A program made the translations under genes and the position numbers. Positions 38,601 through 53,600 of a stretch of 64,000 nt of DNA are shown in pieces. Every line of letters starts with the position of its first letter. The stretch's first letter is position 1. Source of the DNA: Acanthaster planci (Eukaryota); contig NW_019091355.1 of NCBI RefSeq assembly GCF_001949145.1, forward strand, positions 2,131,107-2,195,106, read 5' to 3'. The notes under the pieces were generated by a model that saw only the letters and a list, made by a program, of their open reading frames with translations, ran no database searches and was not told the origin of the DNA.

Positions 38601-41600
38601 GTCAGCCAGCTGTCATGTTTAAAGCGCGTGATTGGGTGATCAGATTAACAATATAACGAATGGTAGCTTATAAAAATTAGAAGTGACTTGCGCTCTTCGA
38701 CCCGAGAGCTTTGGGTATGATGCATGAAACTCTCTATATACCACACGTTATTGTTAGCCATACAACCTCAGAAAATTGCAGCTTATTATGACAAAATGTG
38801 TTTACATGTACTAATATAGGCATATGTGCTGATGACGTCACACTTTATTTATATGCTTTCCTATGGAGGCTTGGAATATATTGTCCCTAACCAACTCTTA
38901 TACTAAAACACACACGTAACAAAGTTTGGCTTCATAGGTACAAAGACCCATTAAGTCACCAAAGTATATGGCATGGGTAAACAGGGTCAAAGTCGACACG
39001 GGAATTGGTTGCAAAATGGTTAATTGCCCACAGCAATGAGCAGAGAACCATTAGCAAAATTGCGGGGTAATTAGGCGTACGCTGTTTTTCAACCTTAAAT
39101 GGTATGCTGAAGTTGACAACCACGACGTAGTGACTGATCATGACTGTGCCATTATTGGCATAAGTCGTGCCTATTTTCTAGATTGAAATAATGAAAACTG
39201 CAAGTCTGGAACCATTAAATCCACAGTTCATTTTTTTAAACGATGTGGGGGAGCACCATGCGCGCAGTGTGCGGTACTGGTCTATGCCGATTATTTGTAA
39301 TTAGACATTAGTGGGCTTAATGTTAGAGGACTCGGCATTGTGCATTTCCTCCAAGGTAGGGGTCTCGTGGAGACAATCTTAACTGGTTTCCTTAGGATGG
39401 TTGAGAGAGCCTTCCATGCTAACGGTTAATGCCATACCAGTGAACGAATTTTGTAGTGAAATAGTTCTCAGCTTGATATATTGCCGTGTCTACCTCAGGA
39501 TGCTATAGAATGTGTGCCTGTCCTACAAGTACGTTCATATCCATCTGCGATACAGGTAACAGCCGTCGTTTTCAAAACAGCCGTTTCTTTCCACTTGGGA
39601 AAAGGTAGTTCCGGTGATGAGGTTTCGGTAACAGAGAAGGAAGGATGGAGTTGAGCAAGTGCCTTGCGGATCGGAACTCCAGGGTGACATTCGGGAGCAG
39701 ACACAGCTACCTCAGCCCCCGGGGCCAATCGCGACCTTAACACCGCCGGCTCCGAGTCCCGTCGTGCGCTGCTGATCATTAGACCTTCCCGACAAGCCCT
39801 CCTGGGTAACATAACGCAGATTTGAAATTGAACACCGAAATCCTCAAATCGATTTCTGCATATTTCTAGCTTTCGTTTGGTCGACTAATGACGTGTTCTG
39901 TCGCTCCCCGAAATAATTAAGATCTACTTTCCCTCAAATATTCTGCCTGATCTAATACAGCGTATCGCTACTACTCGAGTTGCCGTAAAGTTGTCCGTAC
40001 ATCAACACGCTAATGGCACTTTTAGAACTGATACATACTTCACAAAGACGTTGAGTGTTTGTCAGCGCTATACTCATAAAGGTGAAGTCATGTAGTGAGC
40101 CGTGCTGCATTTTTAAGGAATAAACACGGAACCAAATCGTCTCGCGGGACAGTTTTATTTTCTTAAGTCTTGTACTTGTTCTTATCCTCTTGTCAGCACC
40201 TCCACTGCAAAAGTTTTTGCCTTTACTTGTCCAAAGTATTTAGCAGTAGGCCCCCCTAGATGTAGCAATGTATAAATGGATTATAATTTGCCGCCAGAAG
40301 TCCACTTACCCGGTCAATGCGTCTATGAAAGCTTTATACTGGTATACTGATTCAACCTACTCCACTCACTTCTTTCAGTTTTTGACATAATAGTCACCTT
40401 TTATAGTCTGAGTTGTAATCGCGTATTAAAGCTTCCTTAAAGGCCGGTTCCTATTCAGCGCAAAGGCGATCACAAATTGGGAAATTGGGGTGCGAATTCG
40501 CAAAAGTTGAACACAATTGCTATCCGGGCGAATCAAGCTGCAAATATGTTCGTGACTTTAAATCTGCTTAACTATCGTGTTTGCCTAAATTACACACAAC
40601 TGAATCCACACATTCAACAAAGAATGGAGTGTGATGAAACTCTCTACGGAGGACATGATCTCATTTAAAGTAGATCGGGCATTAGCCTTCAACTCAGTGT
40701 TTTGACGTTAAGTATTGGTTGCAACACACTAAATCATGGGACTAATCCCATCAGCCACAATAGCTGTGGCAAAAGTGTCATTTTACTTTATCCTGCTCGA
40801 TATTTAACTTTGACCCGGGCTTCATAAACTCACCAGGAAGACTTGAACGCTGTTGAATATCGATAGTTCCGTCTCCAAGCCCATAATCTCCTACCGCGCG
40901 ATGCTCGTCACCTTCTGCCTCGATCCCATTTAGAACGTATCCAATAGTTCTTTGCAGGAAATTGTTGTTTACCCTGCTCTGGAGGTAGCCCCACTTCCTG
41001 GCCTCGTACCCATCGATGTCCTCCGACTCGTCGGCCATCTTTTCGTCCCACAGTGCATGCTGCAGGATGTCGTATGTGGTGGGTTGACGCGGCGGTGCCG
41101 GCTTCCGTTTGATGAGGCCATAATACGGAATCGTGTTAGGCTGATAGAAAAAAGAAAAGAAAAAAACGTTATACCGACAAAAGAACCGTGTTTCAACACG
41201 GGTGATTCACAACAGTGCGCCTTCAAGAGTTTGCAAGGCGTTGACCAATCACAAGGTGCGAAACCTGTCGACCTTTTCCAAACGTGCCCTGGGTCGCGAG
41301 ATTTCGCGCACTGTGATTGGTCAACGCGTTGCAAACTCTTGGAGGCGCACTATTGTGAAACGCCCGTATTTGGTTTATCTTGCAAATCATACCCAACTAG
41401 TGCTGATTCATATTGCCGATAACATACGTGCTCCTCGAGTTTAAGAGTTGAATACATTTATGTACATGTCCTCTTTCTCTGTGATGGATCACACTTACCA
41501 AAGTGACTGTGCTCGGACAAGATGAGATGGTGAAGATAGCACTTTAATACACCAGTAACAATGACTCACCAAACAGTCATGTCCTTAATATTTCCTGATT

Positions 41601-44600
41601 ATTACTGCTGAACTTCAAACCAAAAAAAAATCTACATTCTGATTACTTGCCAACTTATTTTTGCAACACTGGCGTCAGTTTTTTCTTTACTAAACGTCAG
41701 TGTAAAATTACTGCTTGTTCTAAAAGCGGGGCTGGGATCTGTTTCTATGGGTCATTTCTCATCCCTGCTGATGCAACTACAAAAGACATCACCACGCTTT
41801 GATGCAGAATTCGGTCAGCCTGGACTATTTTTGTCCTAATTGTGCATGCTTTTGGGTCTCTCTTGCCGAGATAATCCCGACTGAAACGGAGGTAGGGGCC
41901 TACGTGGAAGATTTGCAAGTAATTTCAATTAATTATTAACCACAATCTCTATACTAACTTGGCTACACTGTCTTTCATGGCATTCCAACGCTTTGGGGCC
42001 AGCTCAAACTCGAATGCCAAGGAAAGGGGCCTCCTGGCGATAACAAGAACCTTTCGTATCAATTCGCTTGCAAGTTAAAAAAAATACTATAATAGGGTTA
42101 GCTTCACTTTTCACTCTGAAAGACAGAGTCGTTTGCACTAAATTTTAATGTACACGTTCGTAAATCCCACCCCAATGCCTGTGTCAGAAAATCACAACCT
42201 TATCCAAAATCATTTGCCAAGTGCAGCATTGCATCCTATAGTGTCTTAGTGACGTAAGTTCTGATTGCCACAGATAAACTCTTAGTTCTTTTGGAAAAAG
42301 ATGTGAACAATGAACTGCTGCTATGTGATTTTTGTGTGTCGTCGTTCATATTCACATCCAAATCCTGCCAAAAGCCCAATTCTCAACGGTTGTCAATGGA
42401 AGATCGCATCGTTTCTGTTTCAGTTGTAATTCTCAGACACAAAATTTCCTTATACTGCCAAAAAAAATTTCAGTCCATATCAAACGCACCCTCCTAGCCA
42501 CGATAACCACCGATCCAGGTTTTCCAATTGTACTTGAATTTAATTTCTCATTATGGCTTGTTCCGTCCGGTCTCTTTACAATGCAGCTACCTTCAACAAT
42601 TCATCACCGTCACCATGTATGGGAGGGGGGGGCGTGTAACTGAATCCAGTTGTTTCTTGCCAGCTCGTAATCCCCAATTACATCCGGGGTCCGATAATCC
42701 TGTTTTCCAGGTGGTTGAGTTACGTGTATTAAACTTTTCTTCAGAGATATTTTAATTTGAAATAAGCTCTCACAAGCCTTTGTAAATTTCCTGTACATGC
42801 AGCATCTTTTAGCGCGTAGCCTACCGGTACCCTGTACACCTTCAAAATAAAGGCCACATTACTGCGTTTGGAAATAAATGCAATTCGAGTCAAGTCGTGC
42901 ACTAACCAGTCCTCTGTGTTTGCTTTCTATGCAATGCCTTCATAGTGCACCGGTTTATAGGCTACGAGGAAACTGGACAAATGTTTGATTTTCTTTACAA
43001 GGGTTTAAAGCTTGACCGATCACAGAGTCCTTGTTTGGCCTTCGTCGCTTGGAAAATGTTGCATGGGGCGCTTATAAGTGCCTCATCCTGGCCTGAACCA
43101 GCGCCAACAAATGATCTTCATCAGAGCTGGTCAAAGCGATAAAATTTCTCCAAGAAGCTTAGAATTCATCTGTTAATTACTAATTGGTAACCAAGTTTGC
43201 TTTTAAGAATTAGGTGCGGCTATTGTGAGATCAAACAAGGGCAACAAGTTGTCTGCTTTGCGGGTGTTTTATATGCAGCCGTAAGCCTCCGGAAGGAAAG
43301 TGTGTGCACACATACCTCGCGTTACTGACTGGGGCGCATTCCTCGATACAATAAGCACATGCAAGAGTACTTGATTTACATGACAATGCATTGTACCATA
43401 ATCATCGCGTGGCATTTTGACAAAATGGGGCTTCGCCAGACCCTTGGTGGCAGCAGACAGGTGTTAACTTGAGATATTTGGCCGCGGCTTCCAGAGCTAC
43501 GGCTACATCTGTTCTAAGCCTTTCCCACGTATTTCCAACGGCCAAAGACCTTACTCTAGACAGCAGATTCGGATGCAGCCTCGGGCTAGGTTCATGTAAA
43601 CACCGGATTATTTAGCCTGTCGAGTGACTGAACATTCTCGTCTTCGACTGTGACAACCACCAGACGCCGGCTTCAAGAGTTTGGGAGTGCAATATTAAAT
43701 CGCAAGGAAGAATTTTGAAGTGGAGCATTGCTGTTTACAGGAGTCCTGGTGACTGCAGAGTATCAGAGATAAAACGACATCGTGGGAAGCAAAAGTTCGG
43801 TGAAATGGCTTGTTTTTAAACAAAATAATGCAACGCTGGTCGCGCATAAAAGCCAGTGGCTCAGTTGCGCGAGAATTATTAGCAGCTTGCTCTCGTGACA
43901 CAAAAGAAACACTAAAGATGAAATGTGTCCTGAGCGTGGTTTCCCACTTAATTGTCCCAGCTTGGGGGACTAATATTCCGACATTGATACGAGTGTAACA
44001 CCCACAGTTGCTAATTTACAGTGGCCTAATATCGCTTAGCATGATTATATGCCTTGGTTCGTCTCCTTTGCTCCTAGTTGTCAAAAGTCTGTCCAAACGT
44101 TGGGAAACAAACGTTGTTCAATCACTATTGGCCTATTGTTCCATTTCCATGCATCCTGACGTACATTTGTTCTCTTGTGTAGCCTTGTAAACCCCTTTTT
44201 GTTATTGCAGTAACTGACCAAAACAATCTTTAGTAACTTAATAAACAAAACCCCTTCGACTCACAGCGTCCAAAATGAAATTCTCAGGAATACGGGCTGC
44301 CACAACTATTAGGCAATTCTGCACGCGCTGAAGCGAGCTGCAGAGAGGTTTCCTCTGAAAGGGTACGGGAAAGGAACGCAGTAACAGATACGTATACGGA
44401 ACGAATCAAAAAGCGCGCAAAAGGACAGGTAACTGTATTTCTGATGGTCAGAGCCCGTAAAATGCGTTATGAAAAACATTGTAATCTTGAATTCACCCAT
44501 GGAAATCGCCCTATTTCGATTGTATCTTTCCGCATGAAAAGTGAACTTCCAAGCTATTCCCTTCTTCCTTTGAAAGCCCTCATCGGCAAGCATGTTTTTT

Positions 44601-47600
44601 CAGTGGTGCACCTGTGATTTTTTTCGACCCTTGAAAAACAAGTTGATCAACGACACCTTTTCAAAATGGCTGCAGCTGCGTCCTGCCAGCTATTACTTTC
44701 AAAATTGCCACCTGTACACCGGTGAGTCCAGAAGGAAGTAGTCAGTTTTAAAGACAGCAAACACCGTGTGAAGTGAATACCTGTGGGTATAAAAGCGAAG
44801 AGTGGCGCCTGACCGCCACATTGAAGGTGGCATAGCAGGTATATGCCACATACAAGATTCGATGAAGCCCACAAAAGAAAAAGGGACATAATAATGTAGG
44901 CGACTTAAAACATTACCAATCTCTGTCATATCAATAATAATTAGAATATGGCATTCGTTCTTGAATTAAGTCTAATTACTTATACCAACATGAATCCATT
45001 GCTGTGTCCATGAATTATGTATCCATATTCCGGTTGACAAATCACTGTGTTTGTGAATTTCACTGTGCAATTAAGCTTTCAAGGCTAACACGACAAGCAC
45101 AGCATGCCCTTCGTTAGGTATCCACGCTTCGCTGTATTGCTGTTTTAATTTTGAAAGCTATAAATGAAAGAATCAATAATAAATAATGCATATAGCTAGG
45201 TGAATCACGATTCAGCATTCATTACGTCAATAAAACACAAGGCAAAATGGCTCCTGCCGTGAGCAAGGCCGAGGCTTTTCGGCTCGCAGAGAAAGCTCTC
45301 CCGCACTTTGGGGAATTCGACCGGTCTCTCAGGGTCAGAACTTACGGCGAGCGATGTAACTCGACTCTGTCCAGTATAACATGTGCACTCGATCTCCGTT
45401 GCCGCATTTAAGAAGAGAACAAGAACGACAGAAAAAAAAATCAGTGCATAATTTCCTAAAGTGAAGTAGGAATTTCGATGAAAAGGATTTCATTTTTAAC
45501 AGGCACGAGAGGTTAATGTTTAGCATATAAGCCTGGCTGCAAGCGCCTTTGTCATCAAACAGTTCAATAGGAATCCATATTTTTAACGAGGCAAAATATT
45601 TGACTTCAGATGAATTGAACCATAACTTGCAAGGATTTTTGTCTGAACTGAGTTCTAAAATTGAGCAATGCTTAAGATAAAATGAATTAATGTGCTGACA
45701 CCTTTAGTTTTTTCAGAAAAGTGATGCATCCAGAAATGGAAATCTGTGCTCCCATTTAGCCCAAATATTAGCAGGTCAATCTCTGCAACTACATCGTATA
45801 ATATGAACTAGGCATACACTGAGGATAAACCCGCTGTTTTTAACCCCTGACAAGTTCAGCGATGGTGATTTGTCTGTTAGTATACACTGTCACCTTGACT
45901 GATGCTGGGTGGTTCACTGATCTTACTGCTTTGGTAGAATAGTTTGTATAGGGCCTACTTGCTTCCCTACATTGTATCTGATTCCTTTGAGCGGGAAAAA
46001 ATAACAGAGGTATCTCCAGTAGTTTTGATCAGAGAGTTGCAGGACTAATACGTTATTGATTTCCACCCTATAACCCCAACATGACATTCATCTTCTTTGC
46101 ATCATCGCAATCCTATGGCACATCATACAACCCCTCCTTCTGGGGAATCCCAAAAGGCTCCAAGAAGCTTGCATCATGGCTTGTGCTGGACTTCAAATGC
46201 TCTGGATATAAGTGTGTTGTTATTTCCTGGTTTTGTTTATGATGTTGGTTTTGTTCACCGCAACAGTCTTCGAAGAACTGTCCACATTAACATAATGGCC
46301 GTGCAGTTTGCAGACGTCAGGGCCGACGGACGCAAAGACGCATGTTTCATTTGCTTGCCTGACGGTCGCCTCGCCTACATTACAAACTACCATAGGCACA
46401 AATGACTGAATGAAGGTTTAACAGGCGCTAGTTGGAATATTGCTGAAGTGCAAGCTTCCGCCTCCGTCAAAAACAGTTACTTTAGCTTTTTCTCTTGGTG
46501 GAAAATGATTGGTTTCCAAAAGTCCGATTAATATAGCCACGATGTTAGTACCCACCTGTCGTCTTTTCTGTTGAACGGAAAACAAGCGAGGTCATAGACC
46601 TCGGTGTAGAAGGTTAGATAAATAAAACATCCGGCCACTTCGTCGTAAATGGACTTCTCTGCACGAACTAAACGATGGCACAATATGAACCGAGTGTTTT
46701 CGGTCAAGCCCTTTCTGTGTGGTGTGCGACAGTTGAATGCATGATTAGCGTGGGCGGTCGTTACGATAACTTTCGATTCATCTGCGAGTCCAGTGCGAGC
46801 GGGGTTCCAGCCAGCTCGTCTGCGGCGCTCAGTCGACCGAGCGCTGGGTAGCGGGATCGATTTCTCCCGACGAGAAAAACAAGACCAGGGAATTTGAAGT
46901 AAAGCGTGAAAAATGACGCCCCGTGTTGGCTGTGTTGGTGCAACAAGTGTCTTCTGCAAGGCAACTGCGCGATTTCACGGTATGAGGATCCGTCATGGGT
47001 GTTCAACCGATGCACATGTGGGGTACTGCGTGAAGGTTTACCAACCTGCCTAATTTTCAGGGATCGGTCCCTTCACTCCTTCATTTTCCTCGTTTCCCCC
47101 AAACTTAACACGTCTCGGCATATCCCCATCCCAGAAAAAAGGAGAATTAAAGCATCCTACTGCAAGGGGCGGATCCAGGAATTTTCCCGGGGGGGTCAAG
47201 CCGGAGATTTTTTGTATGTCTCGGACAAGCCGAAACAATGAAAAATTACATGACATACATTGTTTACAATGGTATTGGTGCACTTACTTTGTACACTTAA
47301 TTCAATTTTTATCAACCCCCCCCCATTTTTGGAACTTTTTTTGTCTCAGAGCGAGGGGTGGGTTTGACCCTCAAACATCCCCGAATCCGGGCCAGTGCTG
47401 CTAGAGTTTCCTTTTCTGCTGGTATTTGATACTGTGCACTGCTTCCAGACTAATGTCAACCAATTAGTTTCCTGCGATGGTCGATGACCCAAAGATATTG
47501 GAGAATAAATAATGCATATTCCAGGAAAACTGGGTAGTTAAACAAAAACACTGGCAGCGATTCACGTTTCCACATAAGGGATGCCTACACCAACCTCACT

Positions 47601-50600
47601 TTCAAATGAATAAACAGATGTGTTAGCGTAGGTTGTAACATCGGCATAGAGCGTAAAATGGACAGTCAAGACTTTTGGGAAGCGTCGGTCCGTGGGGTTT
47701 ATTAATTGGACAACTAAGTTACGTACATTTCTATGAACTGAGATTTTTCACACATGGATAAAATGATCGACACTTCCGAAATTCGTGTCAGATATATAGG
47801 CTAGGTCCCTTAAGTGAAGGGGATATGAAAGTCGATTAAAGCTACTAATCCATTACTCTTCATTCGGAACTCCCTGTTAAAGAGTTCCAAGATAAATGGA
47901 TTTGTCACAAGAAAACATCAGCTGAAATTTGTACTCTTTGGGTATTTCAAAAAGAGCTATGATGTTTGGCATAAAAATTGGTAAAGACGCCCAAACATCC
48001 TAATGAGTGAAATCTGTTACTGAAAACTGCCCAGTCGGGCCAGTTCTTCTCCAAAGGTAATCCATATTTTTTCTTCGCGAACGTGAACCGTTAAAGGTTT
48101 ATCCCTCGATACTTACAGTCTCGACACGCGCCCGTGCTCCCTGAAATTCACTCTAGCAGTTGGATACGCACGTAACTACGGTGTTGTCGGGAATCAAGGT
48201 AATACTGTGACAAAAAGTGACTTGTGGACTTGTGGCAGTTTCCATCATCTCTGAGGTATATAGTTAGGCATAAGGGTCTCGCAAAGTCACACATACCGTG
48301 ACTAGGTAGGCCGATTTTTAAGGCCACCCTTTTGACAGTTATCATGTTCCATGTGAATAAAGTACAATGTATCCGCGTGCCTTTAAAAGGTTCCCAGCAA
48401 AACGTCAATACTTGAAGTCTCAACCGTCGTGGTGGGACTGCTTGTTTGCTACGGTTGGGACACTTCAGCCGTCCATCTAGCTCCTTGCTCCCCGTGAGTA
48501 TTTGTCAAAGACTCCGGTCTTCCTTCCGTTTCAATTAAGTCCCGGTAGGACCTCGTGTAGACCTCTTCTCCGGCCACTGCGGTAACCCCTTTCCGACGAG
48601 TCTGTCCCTTGTCGTGGCCGGTAGGCCCCTAATGCAAGTTTACTTTATCAGCTAGAGCGGAAATTTTTGAAAATCGTTGAATATACAACATAAGTATAGT
48701 CGTTCTACACGTTCTCAGGAAAAGCATGCAGGCTGTTCTTACCACGTCTCAGCTTCATGGGCCAACTTTCTCGCTCTGTTTTCCTCTTTCTGAACAGTCG
48801 AGGCGCGCAACGTGCTTAAAACTGTGAGGAAACCAATGGCGTTTAGGCCTACTGTATCGCTCGCCCGGGAAGAGCCTTGATTCGGAATTGTACAAGGATT
48901 ACACATTTTTTTATGCTCTTTGGTGCAAGCTAAGTGTTGCGTGCAACATAGATCCAATACATTTTCATACCAAGTGTAGGTATTCTAGCCTGCTGACTTG
49001 GGAATACTTCTCTGTGTATACTTTGAAGGTGCGATGACTCAGCCCCGTATGTGTTCCGCTTGGCATGTATAGAGTCCCTATTCACAATTTCCTGTAGAAC
49101 CTACGCACATCGTTCTTTCTTACATCACACGAACTTGTTATTACGGACATAGAATTGAGCTATTTCCATTTGAGAATTTCCCCCAGTCCTCCAACAAAAC
49201 CTCATGAGTAACCCCGGCCCAGATCTCTGGCCGACGGGGTAGAGGCATTATGCACCGGGCAATTGATTTCCATGCAGCCCCCGCGCATACACGATATCGG
49301 AAATTACATGTGGAAAATATAGAAATCTGGCCCGAGAAATAATCACGGGTAATGGCCATAACCGTAATTATTCCCACCGCTGAAACGCGAGTGCCAGATC
49401 GCGGTAGAGTATAACTTCTCGGATTCGCGGACATGACGGTATTGTGTCATTATTTTTTTCTGAAGCATCCTGACGGCCTGCCGCACATGCACCGAACCGA
49501 TCAATTCGTGAGTCCGGCGACGCACTGCACAATCTTTTCTCCCTGACGCACTGTGCTCAGAGTAGCAACTCGAGCGAGTAACCGGGAAGAAAGAGCTCGT
49601 TTCCGCCAGGGATTTTTCTCGCGATGGCTCGGGTGATACCAACTACGTAAGGCAACCCATTTGAAAGGGCTCCTTCCACGAGGATCTGACCGATATTGTT
49701 GTTACACATCAATTACGCGAACGTGTCTGAAACAAATCTGCACGCGCATAAGGAGGGTTTCCTCCGACAGAAGTGTCAAATTACGTGGCTCTCAGACGGT
49801 TTCTAAAGCAAAGCTGAAATGGATAAATTGAGTTAGATTTCTTGCAGCCTTGTACACGTTACTATGAAGTTTGGGTTGCTTTAAAATGCCGTGCGCGGTG
49901 CGTATTTGAAAAGAATTTACCAATTTGAATTGTACTTGAGTGCACTTGTTCTCTCAGCAATCCCAATCTTTTGTTGTGCGTGTTTCAAAAAGAACAAAAG
50001 AAGGGAAGGCTTTTAACTAATTTGCGATTTGAAATGACTAAGCTTTGGACAGCATTAATTCATTCAGTGCTCTTAGCAACAAAGAAACATTTGAGTGTCA
50101 AAGTTTATTTGGGAATCTGACTTATTCAATTTACTAGCTTTATACAAAAGTAAATTGACCGAAGGAATGTGTGTGAATTAAAAATGCAAAACACCCTTTT
50201 TTCTATAGTGTCCTCTTTACCGTGGGGCTGAAGCATATACACATGAGCGTATACGGTGTTGCTGAAATTCCGAGATATGTGTAGAATTGACTATACGCTG
50301 TCTACTACACTGTTATTCCCTAGCCATATTTGGCAACCAATCCCGTTAGGTCATCCTGAAATGGCAAACTGCTGCGAAATTGATAGCGATAGTAAATGTC
50401 CCATTCATATTTTGACCTCGGCGAATTACGCCGCAAGCGCATGGTGACGTCAAAATGGCGTCGCATCCCCACGCGCGTGACGTATGAAATTTCATGTGTG
50501 GTATGAAGTCCGAACCTCCATAAAGTGGAGTCACCTTTTTCTTCTTTTGATACCAGCCTCTGATGTTCCTGCAAATATACAGTGGTGTGCAAAATAATTT

Positions 50601-53600
50601 GAACATGGCAGATTTTATATTTTATGTACTTTGGTTCCATGTGATAACATGGCAATCAATACAGTGTAAATCCATGAAATGTTTTTATTTCCAACATTAG
50701 TGCTTGAATACATGTGCAAAACTATTTGCACGCCTGTCACTCCTGGAGAAATTGATATTCAATCCTTTACAATGCCTGGTTTCATTTTTCACCTGTATTA
50801 AATAATAAAAAGTAATTGTGAGCATAGCTCACATTAATGTATCAGTATATGTATCAGTATATTCCTCCACTGTTCCAACTTAGAGTCATCAGTCGGCATG
50901 GGACTTGATACTGATCCTCCTTTGTCCAATGCTTGAGTTTCTTTGCAAAATTCGCAGTTTTGGCATGAATCGGTGACCTTAAACCTGTCCAAAGTGTATT
51001 TTACAGAGCCCAGGCTGCATTTTATGTTTGTGGTTATAGTGATCGGTAGCTTCATGCATCCAGCTCGGTTGTAAGTTTCTCTCTTTGCCCTCGCCATGTT
51101 CAAGCCGTGTTGATCTGTGCTCTGGGCTACTTTTAGTGGCTTTATGTACCCTTCCCCTAAATAGGGGATTTTCATAATATATTCAAAATTATATGCCTAT
51201 TCTCTTGACAAAAGTTTGCCAGTCTCCTGACAACGGGCAGACCACACTGCTTGAAACGTTGAGTACTCTCCATTCTTATCCGAATCACACGTACTTACAA
51301 AAGAGATATTTAGCATGGTGCTACCACAAACCTAGTACCTCTACTTGACACCTTCGCAATGAAACAATTCAAATCCCAACTGATGTATACAAAGAGCGTT
51401 GCAATCGATTTGGAGAAAAGAACTACAAAATAATTGTGAGAGATCAACGAATAGCTGGTTTCTAGGCTTGTCTGGATAAACGTCCATAAAACAATTTGAA
51501 AACATTGGTAAACTGGTTTATTTCACTCCAAGCAACTAAATTCAGTCTCAATGTGCCAAGTGTTCAAATAATGTTGCGCATCTCTATAGTTGTACAGTTC
51601 TGTACAATAAGTCTTGCGCAGTAGCGTCATGGAGCCCATATTTTGTGGAGTCCTAATTTTCCCAGTAAATTAAAATACTTATTTAGGGAGGGAAATGCAT
51701 TTTTTAACGAGTACTAAACCGTAATTAGACGTTAGGCTTTAAATATCCTATTTCTCACACAGAAATATAAACTCTGGAATTCGCAATAAAAAAGCTTCCG
51801 TTGTTAATAATTATTCAGAATTTCCCCCCCGCAAGAATCACAGTTTTCCTTGGGGATTTATGGACAGAATTATTAGGCAGAACTCTCTGAATTAACATAG
51901 CTCATACAATACCGATAAGTATTGGCTTGAATAATTATACTGCAGAGAACGAGATTTATAGTCCAACCTGGGACGCGGCAGAGAGACTTCATTCGTCAAA
52001 CTTCTGCAGGGGGGCCTCGTGTGCTGGGTATTGACCTCTGATGGCCGTGTATTTAAAATGGGATTCAGGAGCGAACGCTAACTCGCAAGGAAAATTGCTG
52101 ATTTAAGCAAAGTTTAGAAATGTAGTGTACATCTTATAAATTCCCACCGGTTCACGCGCGCTTTATCACTGATGACATTTCTCTTCTGAGAGGAAAAAAG
52201 GACCGTCATCTTTCCCAGGCTGTCTGCGCAGGACTCTGGCCTAAATTGGAAAGCGCACGATCGAGTAAAAACCGATTTTGTGTATATGAACAGGCTACAG
52301 CGACAAGGACTTACTGGGATGTCCTCGTGCCAAAATCTAATCCGGACAGAACTGGAAACTCTTTTTCTCGAACTTGTAGTAGCGCTACGAGTCACAGGAA
52401 AGTCTGTGGAGTAATCCCAGAAAATGTTTCGTTATGCTGAAGAATTGGGCTATGTAAATGTACACAGTTGTACGCATTTAGTTTCATGAAGAAAGAATCT
52501 TAACGGGGTTGGAGCGTCGTGATTCAAGAAGGTTGTCTGTGTTTTTTTTTCAACTCCTTCAAATATACATCCTACCACTTGGAGGCCGGCAGGCAGGCTT
52601 TGCAAACTGATCGAGTTACCCTCCACCAACCCGTCAATATCAAAGGCTATAATGCAAGCGAGTTGCTCCTGAATCCAGCAACCGTGACGGGACCCTAGAC
52701 TGAGTCAATATAGCCCGCTGGGTCCAAACATGCGACTCGTTCATTCACCAGAATTACACTCGTTTTCATAACTTCCTTGTTATACTTTGAGAACGTTTGC
52801 ACCAAGTACGAGGACCCGTGAGTTTAAATATTGTAATGGTGTCGAGTTGCAGAGATGCAGATGCCAAAGATCACGACGCGGATTATAATTTAAATGGAAA
52901 GAGTTTACAGGGGTCTACGAAAACTTGAATTTCGAGAAGTTACAGACGTGGAACTCGTCACTCCGATAAACTTGAGGATCATAAGAAAAACCATTGAGAC
53001 TGACAAACAGCTATTCCTCCGACTTGCTACTATAATGGCGTGCATCACGAGTGATAGGATTGTCACGGGACGAAGTGTCAAAACGCACGTTCGGGTAACA
53101 GCTTACCTTGTCGTGTGTAAAGTTTGGCTTGGCCGTGTTACGTCGCTGCTTTTCGCGGTCAAAACGTCATGTCGTCATGGGTGTAAATATTCCCCTCCCC
53201 CGCTTGAGGTGTTTGTCTTAATTTGTACCCACTCCGAAGATTATAAACAGGCTTGTAAGAAGGTATTGCTTCCAGGCCGGTTCATACTGCCGGCGAATGC
53301 AAAAGCGAAGCGCATTTGATGTCACGAGAAATTTGCAATTGAAATGTGTTCAACTTTTACGAATTCGCAACGCGAATATTTGATCTGACGTCACAAATTT
53401 GCGTTTCGCGAACACGAACGCAAAGCCATTGACACGGACTTAAAGCCATTGGATACTGTTTCTCCGAGTCACAGGAATTATATGATGGGTCATATTATTC
53501 AAGATATCCCAGAAGGATAAGTAATTCCTTTCCTTTGTGCTTGGTTTGTCGAAGATTTTTGGCCGATTGTTGCTGTCACTTAATTGGTGAACACGAATGC

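Noticed and set aside
40952..41422. 156-aa + strand ORF
   Set aside because: Antisense shadow of protease exon 2 plus the palindromic element.
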